DNA of 64,000 nt, taken from NCBI GenBank assembly GCA_016935615.1, contig JAFGQO010000192.1, positions 27,091 to 91,090 of the forward strand, given 5' to 3'. A program made the position numbers and the translations under genes. The notes beneath the pieces are model-generated. The model searched no databases, was not told the DNA's origin, and was given only the letters and a program-made list of their open reading frames with translations. The number at the start of each line of letters is the position of its first letter. The first letter of the stretch is position 1. The DNA is from Bacteroidales bacterium. GTDB taxonomy: Bacteria > Bacteroidota > Bacteroidia > Bacteroidales > UBA10428. This document shows positions 7,939 to 17,107 of this stretch, in pieces.

Positions 7939-10155
7939 TCAACAAAGGAAACGTTCCATTTTATGTATAAAGGTTTTTAAATCAATGGGTTTGGTTATAT
8001 AATCATCAGCTCCTGCTTCAAACGCCTTTTCACTCTCATCTTCAAAATGCATGGCTGTCTGAACAATGATAGGAATATCATTCCGAATTTTTTTTATGGC
8101 TTCTGTCGCTTCATATCCATTCATTCGGGGCATGTTTATATCCATAAGAATCAGATCAACTTCATTGTTATGAATAAAATCAATGGCTTCCTGTCCATCT
8201 TTCACCCTTACCAGGTTGGCTTTTGTATTTTTAAGAACCGCTTCAAGCAAAAAATAATTTACATCTGTATCTTCTGCAATAAGAATAGTCCTTGATTGCC
8301 AGTCGATTTTCGTTGATGGAAGATCAGATGGCACACCAGGTGAAAATCGTAAACCAATTATCAGAACATCATCGAGCTGGGCTCTTTCTCCGCGCCACTC
8401 ATCAAGCGTTTTCTCAAGAATGTTAAGCTGTTCATTCATTGGTTTTTGATGAATTTTAATCAACAGATCCTGAAAATTTTTTACCAGAAACTTTAGCCCC
8501 TGCTTTCCGCCGAATTGATCAATAAATCCATCAGAGAACAAGTAAATCCTGTCATCTGTTTTCAGATTTATTTCATGACGCGTAAAAGGAATATCATTTT
8601 TTTGATGATAGCTGACCGGCATTTTATCGGCATCATATTTAACAAGTTCATTGTTTCTAATAATAACCAAAGGATTGTGGGCTCCGGAAAATTGCATTTT
8701 TTTGTTTTCAAGGTCTATAATTACCAGTGAGATGTCCATCCCATCTTTAGGCTCATCAATACTGCCGGTTTGATGCAATGATGTAATAACCATGTCGCGT
8801 AACTGATTGAGAATCTCATCGGTATTGAGCGCACTGATATGCTTATTGATAGCAATTTTATTTACAATTTCATTTAAATACGCCACCCCAAGCATGCTCA
8901 TAAACGCTCCCGGCACTCCATGCCCGGTGCAATCTGCAGCTGCTATGATCAGTATGTTATCTTTCCTGTTTAACCAGTAAAAATCACCGCTAACAATGTC
9001 CTTTGGCCGATACAGAACAAAATAGTCTCTGAAATTATGAGCAAATGATTCCTTCCGGGGAAGAACGGCTTTTTGAATTCTTTGAGCATATTGAATACTA
9101 TCTGTTATTCTTTTCTTTTGCCTGTTCGCTACATCACGCTGGTTTTCTATTTCTTTTTTCTGTCTTTCAATTTCAGCATTTTGTTTTTTAAGCAACTGAT
9201 TTGCTTTTTTCTTCTGAGTAAACTGCCAATAAACAAGTAAAGCAATGCACAGCAACAATACAAGAACTGCAATAAGCCCTAAAATCTGGGTTCTTCGTGT
9301 TTTCTCGCGTGCTTCCAATCTCGCCTGTTGTGCCTTTAGTCTTGCTTCCTGCTCTTCTCTGAGTTGGTTTTCTTTATTCAGCAATTCATTTTGCAACTGT
9401 ATTTCACGATTCAGTTCCAATACCTCGCCTAAAGTATCAAGCGTATTGCGTAATTCTCTTTCTTTGTATTGAACCTGTTGCTCATATTCTTTGGTTCTTG
9501 ATGCCATTGCATCCATTTCTTTCTTTTGAAGATGTTTTGAAATGGAATTGAATTTTTCAAAGTAGTCACCGGCTTTTTTAGGTTGCCCAAGCTTTTCAAA
9601 GTTCTCTCCCAAAACTCCATAGCAGGTTTTTGCCAATCCCAGGTTGTTCATTTCCAAAGCTTTTTCCAAAGCTTGTTCTGCACGATTGTTCGATTCGGAA
9701 TAATAGGAAAGAGCCTGAAAGGCAAGGGCTATATTCAGGTTATCCGAAGCTGCTTCGTTCCTGTTTCCTTTTGCAAGATTGATTTCCAGGCTTTTTTTAA
9801 AATGATCAATGGCTTTCTGGTATTCCTCTCTCTCAGAATATATCAATCCGAGGTTATTATGAATTATTCTCAGGGCATTCTCATTGCCGAGTTTGGTATT
9901 GATATCAATTGACCGCTCAAAGTATTCAATAGCCTCTCCGTCTGCATCAATATGCCAATATAGATAAGCAAGTTTGTTAAGGTATTTTGCCACTTCTGTC
10001 TTATTGTTCTCACTTTCATACTTTTTTATTGCAGCCTTATACTGTTCAATCTGTTGCTGAATATCATTTGCCCTGATTTCTTCCCGAACCCAACAGGAAA
10101 ATAAAAAAGCAATTAAAATAAAAAACCTGATCTGATGCAGTGAAAATACTTTCAT
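7939..10155 (-). CDS. TPR / coiled-coil / TM / PP2C (SpoIIE-type) phosphatase with a C-terminal receiver domain
   Basis: N-terminal hydrophobic segment and TPR-like repeats (YLNKLAYLYW, NNLGLIYSEREEYQKAIDHFKKSLEI). A long Q/E/R coiled coil follows, then a TM (ILGLIAVLVLLLCIALLVYW). PP2C motifs are VSGDFYW, AADCTGHGVPGAFMS, DGMDISL, FSDGFIDQFG and DDVLIIG. The REC domain shows ILIAEDTD, DLILMDINMP and ITKPID. Confidence 0.8.
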   Translation of the reverse strand: MKVFSLHQIRFFILIAFLFSCWVREEIRANDIQQQIEQYKAAIKKYESENNKTEVAKYLNKLAYLYWHIDADGEAIEYFERSIDINTKLGNENALRIIHNNLGLIYSEREEYQKAIDHFKKSLEINLAKGNRNEAASDNLNIALAFQALSYYSESNNRAEQALEKALEMNNLGLAKTCYGVLGENFEKLGQPKKAGDYFEKFNSISKHLQKKEMDAMASRTKEYEQQVQYKERELRNTLDTLGEVLELNREIQLQNELLNKENQLREEQEARLKAQQARLEAREKTRRTQILGLIAVLVLLLCIALLVYWQFTQKKKANQLLKKQNAEIERQKKEIENQRDVANRQKKRITDSIQYAQRIQKAVLPRKESFAHNFRDYFVLYRPKDIVSGDFYWLNRKDNILIIAAADCTGHGVPGAFMSMLGVAYLNEIVNKIAINKHISALNTDEILNQLRDMVITSLHQTGSIDEPKDGMDISLVIIDLENKKMQFSGAHNPLVIIRNNELVKYDADKMPVSYHQKNDIPFTRHEINLKTDDRIYLFSDGFIDQFGGKQGLKFLVKNFQDLLIKIHQKPMNEQLNILEKTLDEWRGERAQLDDVLIIGLRFSPGVPSDLPSTKIDWQSRTILIAEDTDVNYFLLEAVLKNTKANLVRVKDGQEAIDFIHNNEVDLILMDINMPRMNGYEATEAIKKIRNDIPIIVQTAMHFEDESEKAFEAGADDYITKPIDLKTFIHKMERFLC

Positions 10156-10310
10156 TATTTTTTTTAATTAAGATACGAAGGATGAAAGATTTGGATAATA
10201 ATGATAAGATGACATGCATCACCGATGTCAGGTGATTAAGATCAACAAATGGACAATAAATAATCTTTCCCGTCTTTCCGGAAGATTGAAAATGAGTAAT
10301 AAGGCTCTGA

Positions 10311-11078
10311 TTAATGTTTTGAGATTCTTATGGATACTGACTCCGTAATTTTCCGTGCGGTTGTAATTGTATTTGTGTCTGTGTAGATCTTACCATCTTG
10401 GCCGCTATAATGGCTATGCCCGATCAATTTAAGATATTCAGGCTTAGAATTCGTTGCGTTTTTATCGAAAAGCACACGATATACAAGTGCCGGTTGTGAA
10501 GAAGTTTTATATTCTTCATCTTCCATGTATTTTGTATTCGTCCAGTACTCATTCCAGTCCCACGACTGATTGATTTCGAAATAGATATAAACCCTTTCCG
10601 GTAAGATGTTATCAGTACGAGTATATAGTACAAAATTTGATTGTGGAGTAGGTCCTGTATATGCATCAGGTATAGCCGTTTCCTCTTTGGGAATAAACAA
10701 CCCATCATCTTCCTGAACGCCTCTGCTGTGTGACCAAACGGGAAGAGCCGCTGGTCTGCGAAGAGGACCCGGTTGCCATTTTCCAGCCGATTTATTTCCA
10801 AATTCAAAAATACCTTTGGCTATAGATTTTGCAACATAAACAGTTTGGATATAATTTCCCGCAGTATCTTCAATCCATATTGCCATAAGAGGATGATTAT
10901 GTTCTGTTCCTTTTCTAAAATTTATCTCTATTAAATCACCCTTACCATCAGGATTTGTATACAATGTGTCTGCCTGATAACTTGTATTAACACGGGAACT
11001 TCTGCAACTGTATACCAGAGAGATTGTACCAGCAACAAGAAGTAAGAGCAATATGTAAAAAAATGTTTTCTGTTTCAT
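10311..11078 (-). CDS. hypothetical lipoprotein, possibly DUF2271-like
   Basis: Lipobox LVYSC. The segment HPLMAIWIEDTAGNYIQTVYV...PAALPVWSH resembles the WIED / W-rich pattern I associate with DUF2271. Sits directly downstream of a TonB-dependent receptor. Confidence 0.45.
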   Translation of the reverse strand: MKQKTFFYILLLLLVAGTISLVYSCRSSRVNTSYQADTLYTNPDGKGDLIEINFRKGTEHNHPLMAIWIEDTAGNYIQTVYVAKSIAKGIFEFGNKSAGKWQPGPLRRPAALPVWSHSRGVQEDDGLFIPKEETAIPDAYTGPTPQSNFVLYTRTDNILPERVYIYFEINQSWDWNEYWTNTKYMEDEEYKTSSQPALVYRVLFDKNATNSKPEYLKLIGHSHYSGQDGKIYTDTNTITTARKITESVSIRISKH

Positions 11079-11089
11079 CCTGAAGCTAA

Positions 11090-13513
11090 CTAAAATTCTA
11101 CAATAATTCCCAGGGTCGGAAGTATTGTTCCTGAACCAGCGGGAGTAATTTTTTCGAGTTCGTATCTTTCAATGCCATTTTCATCAATTCTGATATCATT
11201 GTATTCAGGGTCAATAAATGATCTCCTGACAAGCCGATCAGGTGCATCCCCTTTAAAATTGTAAATATTTTGAATATCAATGTAAAAATTGATCGACCAT
11301 TTTGTAAAATAAAATTGCTTGTCCACTCTGATATCCAGTTGATGAAATGGTTTCAAACGCAAGGTATTGTATTGTGAATAGTCCAAATAAGGGCCACCCT
11401 GCGCATCCCACGCTGCCTTTACAGATGACTTTCCTTCATTAAAAGGAGTGTAAAGTGCTCCGCCAACATATCTCCATTTGAATCCAAAATACCAGTTGTT
11501 TTTAAATGTGCGTGTAGCTGAGATATTCAGAATATTTCTATTGTCCCAGGAAGTTGGAACATAATTATCCCTGTATGCAGCCCTGTAATCTTTAAACTCA
11601 CTTTTCACAAATGTATAAGAAATAATTGTATTGAATCCCAAAAGGTTCTGCCAGCGTCCGAGAATTTCAAATCCATAGGCTCTTCCTTGTGCAACAGGGA
11701 TCAATTCTTCATCGCCAAAAACTCCATAATCTGCACCTTTAGTTGCCAGAGGCACCGAATCTGTTACTGAAAACGGATAATCGGAATACCATTTGTAAAA
11801 ACCTTCAATCGTTATTTGCGACTGATCATCCGGGCGGAACTCAAAACCCGTTACCAGGTGATCGGAAGCTATGTATTTTATCCCATTATCACGATTAATA
11901 TATTCCCCTTCATTGTTTTTGTATCCCAATGATGTATAAGGTGGCCGCTGAAAATACCTTCCCGCATTAAAATTCCAGGCGAATTTAGGTACTATCAGAT
12001 AGGAAGATGAAAACCGAGGTGAGAAATTCTGAAGAGGATTTTGCGTTTCCTTTGAATAACTGCTTCCATCCATTCGCAAACCCAGGGAAAGAGTCCATCG
12101 ATCATTAAAATATCCCTTGCTTACCTGTCCGAAAGCATTGTAATGAAACATTTCTATCGAAGAATTGTAGTTGAACTCTTCCAGCGAATTTTCATTGTAT
12201 ACCTGGTTGTACGTATCATTAAAATATTTGGCATATTCCAATCCCAGTCCTATAGTAAATTTATATCCACCCCATAAATCCGAATATCTTTCGTAGCGAA
12301 ATTTATTTTCAATTTCGGAGGAAGAATAATCGAAAGTCTTTCCCAAGGTCTCATCATTATCCAAGTACTTATACGATATATTGTTCAGGTAATTTCTGCT
12401 CACAACCCAAGTGTCATAACCATGTTGCCTGTAATGTTTGTATACCAATCCGACGGTATAATTCCATTGCTCATTCACCGGAATATAACTGAGAATATAT
12501 CTTTGATCTGCTGTTTCATTGGCATCAAGATTTAGCTGGAAATTATCGATCGCGCCCAGACCGATGAAGGAAATTTCATTTTTTTTATTGATCCTTGTTT
12601 TCATTTTGAACTGAAAATCATTGTAGGTTGGTAAAAAAGGCAACTCCAGTAATGTAAATAAAAACTGCAGATACGATCGTCTTGCAGAAAGAATAAAAGT
12701 GGTATTATCAGAGATCGGACCATCAAGCGTCAGAGCAAGGTCACTTGCTCCCACAGAACCACGAAATTTCAATTTTTCTTTGTTCCCATCCAGTTGTCGC
12801 ATATCCAGAACCGAGCTCATAACATTGCCGAAATTCACGGGAAAAGCTCCGGAATAAAAATTCACCTCCCGAATAAAATCAACGTTAACGATTCCAACCG
12901 GTCCACCTGAAGCTCCCTGTGTGGCAAAATGATTCAAATTGGGTATCTCAACACCATCCAGATAAAATCGGTTTTCACTGGGCCCTCCACCACGCACTAT
13001 CACATCATTTCGGTAAGACAGTGCAGATGAAACACCAGGAAGCACCTGTATTACCCTTGAAATATCACGATTTCCTCCCGGATTCTTTTCAATCTGCTCA
13101 ATTCCTATTCGCCTAAGAGATACTGGACTTTCTTCATTTTTCCTGAAAGGAGAAGCTTTTACAACGATTTCATCAATGACAACAGATGATTCTTTCATCG
13201 GAACATCAATAAATGCTTTGTTTGCATTTGTAACAAGAAATTCTTCCGATACATATTGTTCAAAACCAACCGAACTGGCAACAATTCTTACATACCCAGG
13301 CTTAATCCCGGTAAAGCTAAACCGGCCATCCAGATCGCTTATGGAACCTATATTGGTACCCCAGATAATCAAATTAGCAAAAGGTAATGGTTCATTGTTT
13401 GCACCATTAAAAATCCTGCCTTCTATCACACCGGCATTTGATTGCTGTCCTGAAGCAGAAAATCCTGGTATAAGAACAATAAAAAAGAGTATTATCACCC
13501 TCATATTGTGCAT
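11090..13513 (-). CDS. TonB-dependent receptor with an N-terminal carboxypeptidase-regulatory-like domain
   Basis: Signal peptide, then a CarbopepD_reg-like segment (GVIEGRIFNG.NNEPLPFANLII.GTNIGSISDLDGRFSF). A plug (NPGGNRDISRVIQVLPGV) and a long beta-barrel follow, ending in an aromatic residue (IIVEF). The true start may be the Met at 13504. Confidence 0.8.
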   Translation of the reverse strand: MHNMRVIILFFIVLIPGFSASGQQSNAGVIEGRIFNGANNEPLPFANLIIWGTNIGSISDLDGRFSFTGIKPGYVRIVASSVGFEQYVSEEFLVTNANKAFIDVPMKESSVVIDEIVVKASPFRKNEESPVSLRRIGIEQIEKNPGGNRDISRVIQVLPGVSSALSYRNDVIVRGGGPSENRFYLDGVEIPNLNHFATQGASGGPVGIVNVDFIREVNFYSGAFPVNFGNVMSSVLDMRQLDGNKEKLKFRGSVGASDLALTLDGPISDNTTFILSARRSYLQFLFTLLELPFLPTYNDFQFKMKTRINKKNEISFIGLGAIDNFQLNLDANETADQRYILSYIPVNEQWNYTVGLVYKHYRQHGYDTWVVSRNYLNNISYKYLDNDETLGKTFDYSSSEIENKFRYERYSDLWGGYKFTIGLGLEYAKYFNDTYNQVYNENSLEEFNYNSSIEMFHYNAFGQVSKGYFNDRWTLSLGLRMDGSSYSKETQNPLQNFSPRFSSSYLIVPKFAWNFNAGRYFQRPPYTSLGYKNNEGEYINRDNGIKYIASDHLVTGFEFRPDDQSQITIEGFYKWYSDYPFSVTDSVPLATKGADYGVFGDEELIPVAQGRAYGFEILGRWQNLLGFNTIISYTFVKSEFKDYRAAYRDNYVPTSWDNRNILNISATRTFKNNWYFGFKWRYVGGALYTPFNEGKSSVKAAWDAQGGPYLDYSQYNTLRLKPFHQLDIRVDKQFYFTKWSINFYIDIQNIYNFKGDAPDRLVRRSFIDPEYNDIRIDENGIERYELEKITPAGSGTILPTLGIIVEF

Positions 13514-13581
13514 AGTTATCCAAATTATAGTAAGATCATAACAAACAGAATATTCTTTTGTTTAATTAATGCCGGGTAATA

Positions 13582-14565
13582 TTAAACAGTTTTATCTGTT
13601 GCTAATAGCTCATTACTAAAATCTATATCCGGATAATTCTTTTGAAAATAAATTATTTCTTCACGTAAAGAAGAAACAAATTTCAGATAGGCACTCGTAT
13701 TCTCATGCAGAGGCCTGTGGTTAATTTTGTTCAGGATAGATTGAACTTTGGAAATTATTTTTTTTGATTCTTCGCTTAAAAAAGTATCTGCAAACCGCTC
13801 CCATACATATTCAATACCGCTAACTGAAGGATGCAGCATATCATCGGCATAATAACGATAGTCACGAAGTTCATCCATAAAAATCTCATAGGCAGGAAAA
13901 TAAAGAACATCTTCGAGCTGTTCCTGCACTTTTGCAATGGCCAGCAGTAATGCTGCTTTACTCCTTTGATTCTCAACGGCTCCATCTTTCCAGTGTCTGA
14001 TCGGACTGACAGTAAAGACAATTTTCACAGAAGGATTTGTTTTTCTTACTTCTTGTATTGCATTACAAAGGTTCTCTGTTGTAACATCAACAGGTGAAAA
14101 ACGCCTGTTAAATCTGGCTGAAGGCAGCTTGTGGCAGTTTGCAACAACTTCACCGGTTTCCTTCAATTCATAAACCCATGATGTGCCAAGTGTAAAAAGA
14201 AGTACATCAGATTTTTGAATAAAATTTCTTGCTTCTTCAAAGCTCTTATTTATTCTCTTAAGACAAAGTGATTTATCCACATCTGAAAATTGTGTGTTAT
14301 GAGAATAACTAAACCACAATTCATTATGGAAATTCAGATCTTCCTCAATGAATTTCTCCTTATATAGCAATTGCAAAATGCTATTGCAGACAGAAATCGG
14401 ATTATAAACAATCCCAAACGGATTATGGCAAATAGTAAATTTAAGCTGCAGCATTTTCTTTCCGATATAATCAGAAAAGCATGATCCCAGAAAGAATAAC
14501 CTGGAATTATAATCAATTTGAAATTCCGGTTTGATTATTTCAATCCTGGTGACAAATTCAGCCAT
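13582..14565 (-). CDS. GSCFA domain protein
   Basis: Contains the family-defining motif FFLGSCFSDYIGKKM near the N-terminus. Length is 327 aa. Confidence 0.75.
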   Translation of the reverse strand: MAEFVTRIEIIKPEFQIDYNSRLFFLGSCFSDYIGKKMLQLKFTICHNPFGIVYNPISVCNSILQLLYKEKFIEEDLNFHNELWFSYSHNTQFSDVDKSLCLKRINKSFEEARNFIQKSDVLLFTLGTSWVYELKETGEVVANCHKLPSARFNRRFSPVDVTTENLCNAIQEVRKTNPSVKIVFTVSPIRHWKDGAVENQRSKAALLLAIAKVQEQLEDVLYFPAYEIFMDELRDYRYYADDMLHPSVSGIEYVWERFADTFLSEESKKIISKVQSILNKINHRPLHENTSAYLKFVSSLREEIIYFQKNYPDIDFSNELLATDKTV

Positions 14566-14582
14566 TCTTGTTAATAAGATTT

Positions 14583-15449
14583 CTAAATGTTTCTGTTAAT
14601 CCAGGATACCACCGACTCAAACACTTTTTCCCTGTCCAGATCGTTATGAAGTTCGTGGTATCCTCCCTGCCATTCAATAAAGGTAGTTTTATCGCTTGAA
14701 TTCCGAACGAAATTTCTTGAAGTTTTGCAGGAAGTTATTCTATCTTCACTGCCATGCATTATCAGCAAAGGCACATTTATTTTGTAAATACTTAAAGAAG
14801 CCCTGATACCCGCTTCATAAGCTTCTGTAAATAGTTTTATCCCGATTCTGTCATGAACGAGATCATCCTGTTTATAAGAGTGGACTATACGAAGATCCCT
14901 TGATAGATCTTCAGGTTTCAATCCGTTGGGTGCCAGTAACCCGGGGAATAGATTGCTTATAACATGCACTGCAAACAGTTTTGGTTTTGAAGGAGGATTT
15001 ATTAATTCAAGCCATGGAGAGCTTACAATCAGACCGTCTACTGCACTGTTTTTCTGAATAGCATAATTCAGCACAAGGTTGCCTCCAAGACTATGACCAT
15101 AAAGAAAAGACGGTATCGAAGAATATACTTCTTCTTTTATCTCCAGAAATGTATCTATGTCGTTTAACAATTTGTAATAGCCTGAAGAATATCCTCTTTT
15201 CCCTTCCGATCTGCCGTGTCCGCGTAAATCAAATGCTCTTACTGCAAATCCTTCACCGACGAGTTTTTCTGCCCAATAACTGTATCTTCCGCTGTGTTCA
15301 CCTAATCCATGGATAAGATGTATAACAGCTTTTGCATTCCCTGAAGGATGCCAGGATTGTGAAAACAGATTCAAACCATCAGCAGATTTCCAGTAATTTT
15401 CAGAAAAATCAACCCCTTCTTCCTTGCTTAAAAGTCCACTCTTCAACAT
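14583..15449 (-). CDS. alpha/beta hydrolase (lysophospholipase / monoacylglycerol-lipase-like)
   Basis: HG oxyanion region IHLIHGLGEHSGRY, nucleophile elbow GHSLGG, C-terminal HGSED...H. Confidence 0.8.
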   Translation of the reverse strand: MLKSGLLSKEEGVDFSENYWKSADGLNLFSQSWHPSGNAKAVIHLIHGLGEHSGRYSYWAEKLVGEGFAVRAFDLRGHGRSEGKRGYSSGYYKLLNDIDTFLEIKEEVYSSIPSFLYGHSLGGNLVLNYAIQKNSAVDGLIVSSPWLELINPPSKPKLFAVHVISNLFPGLLAPNGLKPEDLSRDLRIVHSYKQDDLVHDRIGIKLFTEAYEAGIRASLSIYKINVPLLIMHGSEDRITSCKTSRNFVRNSSDKTTFIEWQGGYHELHNDLDREKVFESVVSWINRNI

Positions 15450-15547
15450 TTTTAATACTCAAAATATAATTTCGTAAACAAATTAACTATTATTATAATT
15501 GAAATAACGAGTTAACAGCCATAATTTAACCAATCAAATTTAGCAAA

Positions 15548-15955
15548 ATGCAGGAAGTTATACAAATAAGAACCAGTCAGCAAAATGGCTTGTATGATAT
15601 TACTGATAAAATTAAAGCCATTGTGTCAGCAAGCAATGTTAAAACCGGTATTGTAAACGTTTACGCGCAAGGTGCTACAGCAGGTATAATGATCCAGGAG
15701 AATTGGGATCAGTCAGTTCAAAATGATGTAATTACATTGCTTCGTAAACTCATTCCTCATGGTATTTGGGAGCATGATGCACAAGATAATAATGGCGATG
15801 CACATCTGAAAGCCGGTCTTGTTGGCCCCAATGAGACCATTCCTGTTGTAGACGGCAAAATGGGATTGTCGACCTGGCAGAATATTTTTTTATGTGAGTT
15901 TGACGGCCCCAGAGACAGGAGGAACATTATTGTAACGGTAATCAATGAGGAATAG
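15548..15955 (+). CDS. yjbQ: YjbQ/UPF0047 family protein (secondary thiamine-phosphate synthase type)
   Basis: 135 aa with the signature DAHLKAGLVGPNETIPVVDGKMGLSTWQNIFLCEFDGPR.R. Confidence 0.85.
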   Translation: MQEVIQIRTSQQNGLYDITDKIKAIVSASNVKTGIVNVYAQGATAGIMIQENWDQSVQNDVITLLRKLIPHGIWEHDAQDNNGDAHLKAGLVGPNETIPVVDGKMGLSTWQNIFLCEFDGPRDRRNIIVTVINEE

Positions 15956-15960
15956 TCGAA

Positions 15961-16002
15961 AGGCAGAAGGCAGAAGGAAGTCAGGTAACCGGTAACCTAA
16001 TC
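15961..16002. repeat. short heptad stutter array in the yjbQ/queG convergent spacer
   Basis: aggcaga aggcaga aggaagt caggtaa ccggtaa cctaatc: two perfect adjacent duplications in 7-nt phase. The array overlaps the queG stop codon. Confidence 0.55.
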
Positions 16003-16926
16003 CCCGGCAAACTTAATATTCCTCATCAGTCCTTCATACCTGGCACGTTTCACCGCAGATTTTTTAAACAATTGGTTGTATTTTTCTTCGGAGAGAACTT
16101 TCCAGTCCTTTTTTGTCATATTCATAAGATCAAAGGAAGGCCTGAATGCATCAACAAGGTGTGATTTTACTCTTCGGTTCCAGGGACAAACATCCTGGCA
16201 AATATCGCACCCAAAAATTCTGTTTCTGATTTTCCCTTTGAATGACGCATTAATAGACCCCTTATTCTCTATCGTCCAGTAAGAAATGCAAAGTCTGCTG
16301 TCTATTGTTTTAGGTTGAATTATTGCATTTGTAGGACAAGCCAGCAAACAGTTTGTACAGCTGCCGCAAAAGTCCCTGATGGGTTTATCATATTCCAGTT
16401 CAATGTTTGTAAGAAGCTCTCCTATAAAAACAAAAGATCCGTATTCAGGAGAAATTAGATTTGCATTTTTACCTATCCATCCCAAGCCAGCCTTTGCTGC
16501 TAATGCCCTTTCAAGCAAAGGTGCTGAATCAACGAAAATTCTTCCCTCATACTCAATGATTTCCTCATCAATTGCTTTGTGTAATTTCTTAAGCATGGCC
16601 TTTATTACCTTGTGATAGTCATCGCCATAAGCATATTTGGAAATAATCAGGTTGTTTTTTTCAAGCAATGAATTCTCCGGTAAATAATTCAATAAGACAA
16701 CGATAACAGATCTTGCTCCGGGCATTAACTTTGCAGGATCAGTTCTTTTTTCAAAATGGTTTTCCATGTAATGCATATCGGCATGCATGCCCTTCATTAA
16801 CCAATTTCTCAATTGTTCTGCTTCTTCCTTAAGAAATTCTGCCGGAGCTATTTTACAATCTGTAAAGCCAATGGATTTAGCTTTTTGCTTTATTTGTTCA
16901 GACAACAGTTTTTTATTGATGCTCAT
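15997..16926 (-). CDS. queG: tRNA epoxyqueuosine(34) reductase QueG
   Basis: 309 aa with two 4Fe-4S ferredoxin motifs (CGSCTNCLLACPTNAI, CDICQDVCPWN) and a QueG-type N-terminus (GF.DCKIAPAEFL). Confidence 0.9.
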   Translation of the reverse strand: MSINKKLLSEQIKQKAKSIGFTDCKIAPAEFLKEEAEQLRNWLMKGMHADMHYMENHFEKRTDPAKLMPGARSVIVVLLNYLPENSLLEKNNLIISKYAYGDDYHKVIKAMLKKLHKAIDEEIIEYEGRIFVDSAPLLERALAAKAGLGWIGKNANLISPEYGSFVFIGELLTNIELEYDKPIRDFCGSCTNCLLACPTNAIIQPKTIDSRLCISYWTIENKGSINASFKGKIRNRIFGCDICQDVCPWNRRVKSHLVDAFRPSFDLMNMTKKDWKVLSEEKYNQLFKKSAVKRARYEGLMRNIKFAGD

Positions 16927-17071
16927 AGTATCAAAAAAAGGACTGTCTCAAAAGTTAGGGATTTTAAGATAGCCACTAAGCCGCGAAGACTCAAAGAATT
17001 CACAAATCCCTGTTTTTCAATTATATTTAACCTTGTGATTTAGTGCTTTGATGACGAAATTTAAACTTTGG

Positions 17072-17091
17072 AGAAAGCCCCTTTGCTTTCT
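17072..17091 (-). terminator. stem-loop downstream of infB (possible terminator)
   Basis: Perfect 7-bp stem agaaagc / gctttct with a 6-nt loop, 17 nt past the infB stop. The U-tract on the minus strand is weak. Confidence 0.3.
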
Positions 17092-17107
17092 AAAATCCTA
17101 TTCTTAA

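Noticed and set aside
10210-10236. Interleaved 6-bp stems (tgacat/atgtca and atcacc/ggtgat) with H-type pseudoknot topology upstream of the PP2C gene
   Set aside because: The connecting loops would be 2, 1 and 0 nt, which is sterically implausible for two 6-bp helices. As alternative hairpins they are short and lack any adjacent U-tract or recognisable regulatory context.
10424-10807. 127-aa minus-strand ORF nested in another frame of the 10311-11078 gene
   Set aside because: It is an alternative frame of a longer ORF that has a proper lipoprotein signal. It shows no independent start context or motif.
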